Source: Eledone cirrhosa
Taxonomy: Eukaryota
Direction of reading: 5' to 3'
Assembly (NCBI GenBank): GCA_964016885.1
Contig: OZ024742.1
Span: forward strand, 102,548,001-102,612,000
DNA: 64,000 nucleotides
Positions 59,241-64,000 of this stretch are shown here, one piece after another. A program made the position numbers and the translations under genes. The notes under the pieces were generated by a model. That model was not told the origin of the DNA, did not search any database, and saw nothing but the letters and a program-made list of their open reading frames with translations. Every line of letters starts with the position of its first letter. Position 1 is the first letter of the stretch.

Positions 59241-60405
59241 AGTGAGACATATATTTGTTTATTATACATAAGTATAATGCCATCATACACACCTCTATTA
59301 AGAACGATAGGTAGCTATGTTAGAGCTAGGTTAATATGTCATTAGGGTGGCTTCTTTATCACTATATATCTTTTATTTCAAGGCGGTGTATTTACAGATC
59401 GGTTAGAACCTCGGATAGAATACTTTGTAGTATTCGTTGAGACTCTCTGCACTCTCAGTTCCAATCCCGCCGACATTCAACATTTTTTTTTTTTTATCGA
59501 GGTCGATAAAAACAGTACCAGACAAGTACTCGGGTTGATTCTTCCTCTATATTTCTCACACTCACTTCCTTTCTTTCACTCTCTATCCTTGTTTGTATTC
59601 AGACCTAGAGAAGAGATGGGTCCCGCCAGGTTTTAAAATGTCCTACAAACGTCGTATGTCAATATGACGCCGCTGCAACTCTTTCGGGAGTTAGGTGTCC
59701 ATACATACATATTTTATTTTGAGGAGGCGAATTGGCAGAACAGTTGAGACGTAGGATAGGATGCTTTGTGGCATTTGTTCCGGCTCTTTGCGCTCCGAGT
59801 TCAAAACATGCTTAGGTCAACTTCGCCTTCATCGATTTGTGGTCGATCAAGTACCAGTCCAGCACTCTGTCTTACTTTTTCTGTCACACTCTGTTTCTCT
59901 TTCCTTTTCTGGAAGAAATCTCTCGTATTCAGACCTGCAGAGAGGATGCACTCCATCAGGGTTTTTTTATGCACAAGAATGTCAACATGACACCCCAACA
60001 ACTCCACCAGGAGTCACGGTTCTATACATACATATTTTATTTTGAAGCCGAAAACAAATACTGATTCATCGATATACACAGCCTACAGCTGTCCATTTTC
60101 AGAGACAATTCCATCGGCCTTATACTTTTGACTAACCATGTTTCTATATTGCCAGGAACTAAGTCTTTGGATTAGCTTGTGCCACATTCCTGGCATTAAT
60201 CTCTGTTAATTCTCTTTGGAATTTAACTGCCGTTATGCATCACAACATATATTCACAAATTTCTCCATTCCAAAGACTAAAAAGACCAGTTATACTAGAA
60301 AAAACTGAATTCATCTTAAAATATATCTACTTTTATAATAAACGTAAATATGATATGATATATATATACATATATATATATATCTATATACATATATATA
60401 TATTA

Positions 60406-60485
<80 letters not shown>

Positions 60486-60507
60486 TATATATATATATAT
60501 ACATATA

Positions 60508-60578
<71 letters not shown>

Positions 60579-60586
60579 ATACATAT

Positions 60587-60660
<74 letters not shown>

Positions 60661-60673
60661 ATATACATATATA

Positions 60674-60748
<75 letters not shown>

Positions 60749-60755
60749 TATATAT

Positions 60756-60826
<71 letters not shown>

Positions 60827-60839
60827 ACATACATATATA

Positions 60840-60890
<51 letters not shown>

Positions 60891-60928
60891 ACATACATAT
60901 ATATATATATATATACATATATATATAC

Positions 60929-61013
<85 letters not shown>

Positions 61014-61034
61014 CATATATATATATATATATGT

Positions 61035-61121
<87 letters not shown>

Positions 61122-61386
61122 CATATATATATATACAGTGAGGGAGATAGGAGACAGAGAGAGAGGTGTGGGGGGGGGGGGGGTTAGAAATATCTAACGA
61201 TGTCAGATTTTTGCGGTCGAAAACTTAAATCTGACACGATGTATAATACAGTAAAATTATATATATTTTATTATCTGCTCACTTCCTGTTGAAACAACAC
61301 AAAACACAATACTTCTTCAGACTATATACATTTCAAATACCACGCACACATGCACACACATATTTGTATGTGTATATATGCGTGCG

Positions 61387-61432
<46 letters not shown>

Positions 61433-61604
61433 TGTATATAGCTTTAAAGAGGCTGTTTGCATAATTGCAAAGGAATCGAATATTATTATTAATATTCGAA
61501 AAACTCAGACTACATTCATTGTATTCAGTCATGTAGAGCGATAGACTATTCGTTATATATATATATGTATATATATATTTATATATGTGTGTGTGTGTAT
61601 GTGT

Positions 61605-61652
<48 letters not shown>

Positions 61653-61683
61653 GTGTGTGTGTGTGCGTGTGTGTATGTGTGTC

Positions 61684-61719
<36 letters not shown>

Positions 61720-61753
61720 CGCGCGTGTGTGCGTGTGTGTGCGTGCGTGTGTG

Positions 61754-61784
<31 letters not shown>

Positions 61785-61828
61785 ATGCGTGTGTGTGTGT
61801 GTGTATGCGTGTGTGTGTGTGTGTGTGT

Positions 61829-61960
<132 letters not shown>

Positions 61961-61979
61961 CTGTGTGTACATATATGTA

Positions 61980-62190
61980 TGATGTTTTCAAGAGACATCT
62001 GGACATTCTACTGACCAAGATCCCCGATGAACCTACAGCATGAGGCGAAGCACGAATAAGATCAGTAACAACAAACTCCCTTTTGCATCAATAGTCAAAC
62101 AGAGAAGGCTGACTATAAAAAAAAGTGTAGCATTGGAGGCGGTGCCCCAGCATGATCTCAGTCTCTCGGTTGGAACGCAAATAAATAAAC
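61980..62190 (+). mobile_element. CR1-type LINE 3' end
   Basis: DVFKRHLDILLTKIPDEP..TNSLLHQ followed by a short UTR and an (AAAT)n tail. Confidence 0.7.
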
Positions 62191-63336
62191 AAATAAAAAA
62201 AATATATATATACAAGATGGCGTCGTAGCAAAATATTTACAGCGTCGAATAGAACGTCTTGCGGTATTGTCCCGGCTCTCTTGGCTATTTTCTCTCTTCT
62301 CATTTCTGGAAAACATACTGATAGCTTCATATGATGATGGTATTACAGTCATCTTCTCCCATCAATGTCCTGTTACAGCAGCACAACTACCCCAACCATA
62401 TACTAACCACCAACAAACCTGGCTCCAAACAAGCGGGTTCTAAAATACCTATAAATGTAGAGATGTGGAAAATGCAGTGCAGCAAGTTCACCACTTACAT
62501 TGTATATTTTTATTCATAAATTGTGTTAATAAAATTAATTTTCATTTTATTTTTTTTTCTTGATGGTATATTTAGTTATTTAATAAATATTGATATATTT
62601 CAATGTAGAGATATGTGATTTGGAGAGCCATACATTTTGCATGGAAGTAGGTTGTGATGTAGATCAGGGTTTCCCAACATGGGCGATATCACTCACCGAT
62701 GAACGATTTCAACTGTTGAGTGGATGATGAGCAACTGAACAGAAAATGTGTGTGGGGGGGATTACGATTTTGGCAGACGATATAGGATTTTGAGTATTAA
62801 GAAGGTATTTCAACTTATGCTACTCGAAATAAAAAATATTCAATGGATATATGCAAAAAACCTGTATAAAAAAAAACAGGGAGCTAAATGGAAATAACGA
62901 ACCACTAACAAACCTTTTACCAAACATTTTTCGTATGCTTTTGAATATTTACCAGATAGGTGGGCCTGTGAAAGTGGACGATGACGCCTGGAAAGGTTTA
63001 GTTCTTTTCGAAGAGAAAACCTTTTATTCACAGAATCGGTGGAAATAACATTATATCTTTACTAAAGTAACAGAATATTTATTACTGTGTGGAATAATCG
63101 TTTTAGCCATTTAAAAACACACAAATTCTGTCAGTTACAGTGGAACTGTGTCAGTGACCACGTCGCAGACAGTGACACGAACATTTTGAAATAAATAACA
63201 CACATACACGAACAAGAAATAAATAACACACATACACACACATGCATGCATACATACATACATACATACATACATACATACATACATACATACATACATA
63301 CATACATACATACATACATACATACATACATACATA

Positions 63337-63612
63337 CATGATGGCTGCTCCCTCGTTATCGAGTATGGCCATTGCCCGATATAACATTACTAATAATTGT
63401 CAATTAAAGCTATTGTGCAATGCTTGCGCATGAAGATCTTTTTTTTTTAAGTGAGGAAAGACTGTGCACTGAGCCAATCCCACTCCCTGAGCGACAGTAG
63501 CTATAACCCGAAAAGAAGAAAAGGTCAACATCATCGGTAACTACTGAGCCGCAGGTTTTATATCGGAGTTAACCCAGTTTCCTGAGTTACCTTCTCCTAG
63601 AAGAATGCCTTG

Positions 63613-63614
<2 letters not shown>
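63337..63614 (-). mobile_element. RTE-derived non-autonomous element subfamily 2, 5'-truncated
   Basis: Reverse complement of 48240-48510, embedded in (CATA)n. Confidence 0.75.
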
Positions 63615-63660
<46 letters not shown>

Positions 63661-64000
63661 ACATACATACATACATACATACATACATACATACATACAT
63701 TCAAACATACATACATACACACATACATACATACATACATGCATGCATACATACAAACATACATACATACATACATACATACACACACACATACATACAT
63801 ACATACATACATACATACATGCATACATACATGCAAACATACATACATACATACATACATACATACATACACACATACATACATACAAACATACATACAC
63901 ACATACATACATTCAAACATACATACACACATACATACATACACACATACATACATACATACATACATACATGCATACACACATACACACACACACACAC

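Noticed and set aside
62664-62700. hAT-like left TIR CAGGGTTTCCCAAC
   Set aside because: No matching right TIR or TSD was found.

Overview
AT-rich, repeat-dominated animal DNA that looks intergenic or intronic. The SINE and microsatellite repertoire resembles octopus, which is an inference. I recognised no host protein-coding exon, and nearly every ORF in the track is a microsatellite translation. The real content has four parts. (1) A nested retrotransposon cluster at ~45.7-53.9 kb built on (TATG/CATA)n repeats. It holds a 5'-truncated but stop-free ~930-codon R4/Dong-type element (RT, CCHC, restriction-like endonuclease), shorter copies of two R4/Dong families, and short bipartite RTE-derived non-autonomous elements. 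(2) At least seven unrelated short families embedded in (TA)n tracts. Most form fold-back palindromes and carry type I hammerhead ribozyme motifs, the signature of Penelope-like element termini or retrozyme-like elements. (3) About 20 tRNA-derived SINE copies, whose 3' tail matches the loop of a hairpin in an R4/Dong 3' UTR found in this same window. (4) Fossil CRE, RTE and CR1 LINE fragments, mariner, pogo and hAT MITEs, and very large trinucleotide arrays. Coordinates of degenerate repeats were read by eye and are approximate.
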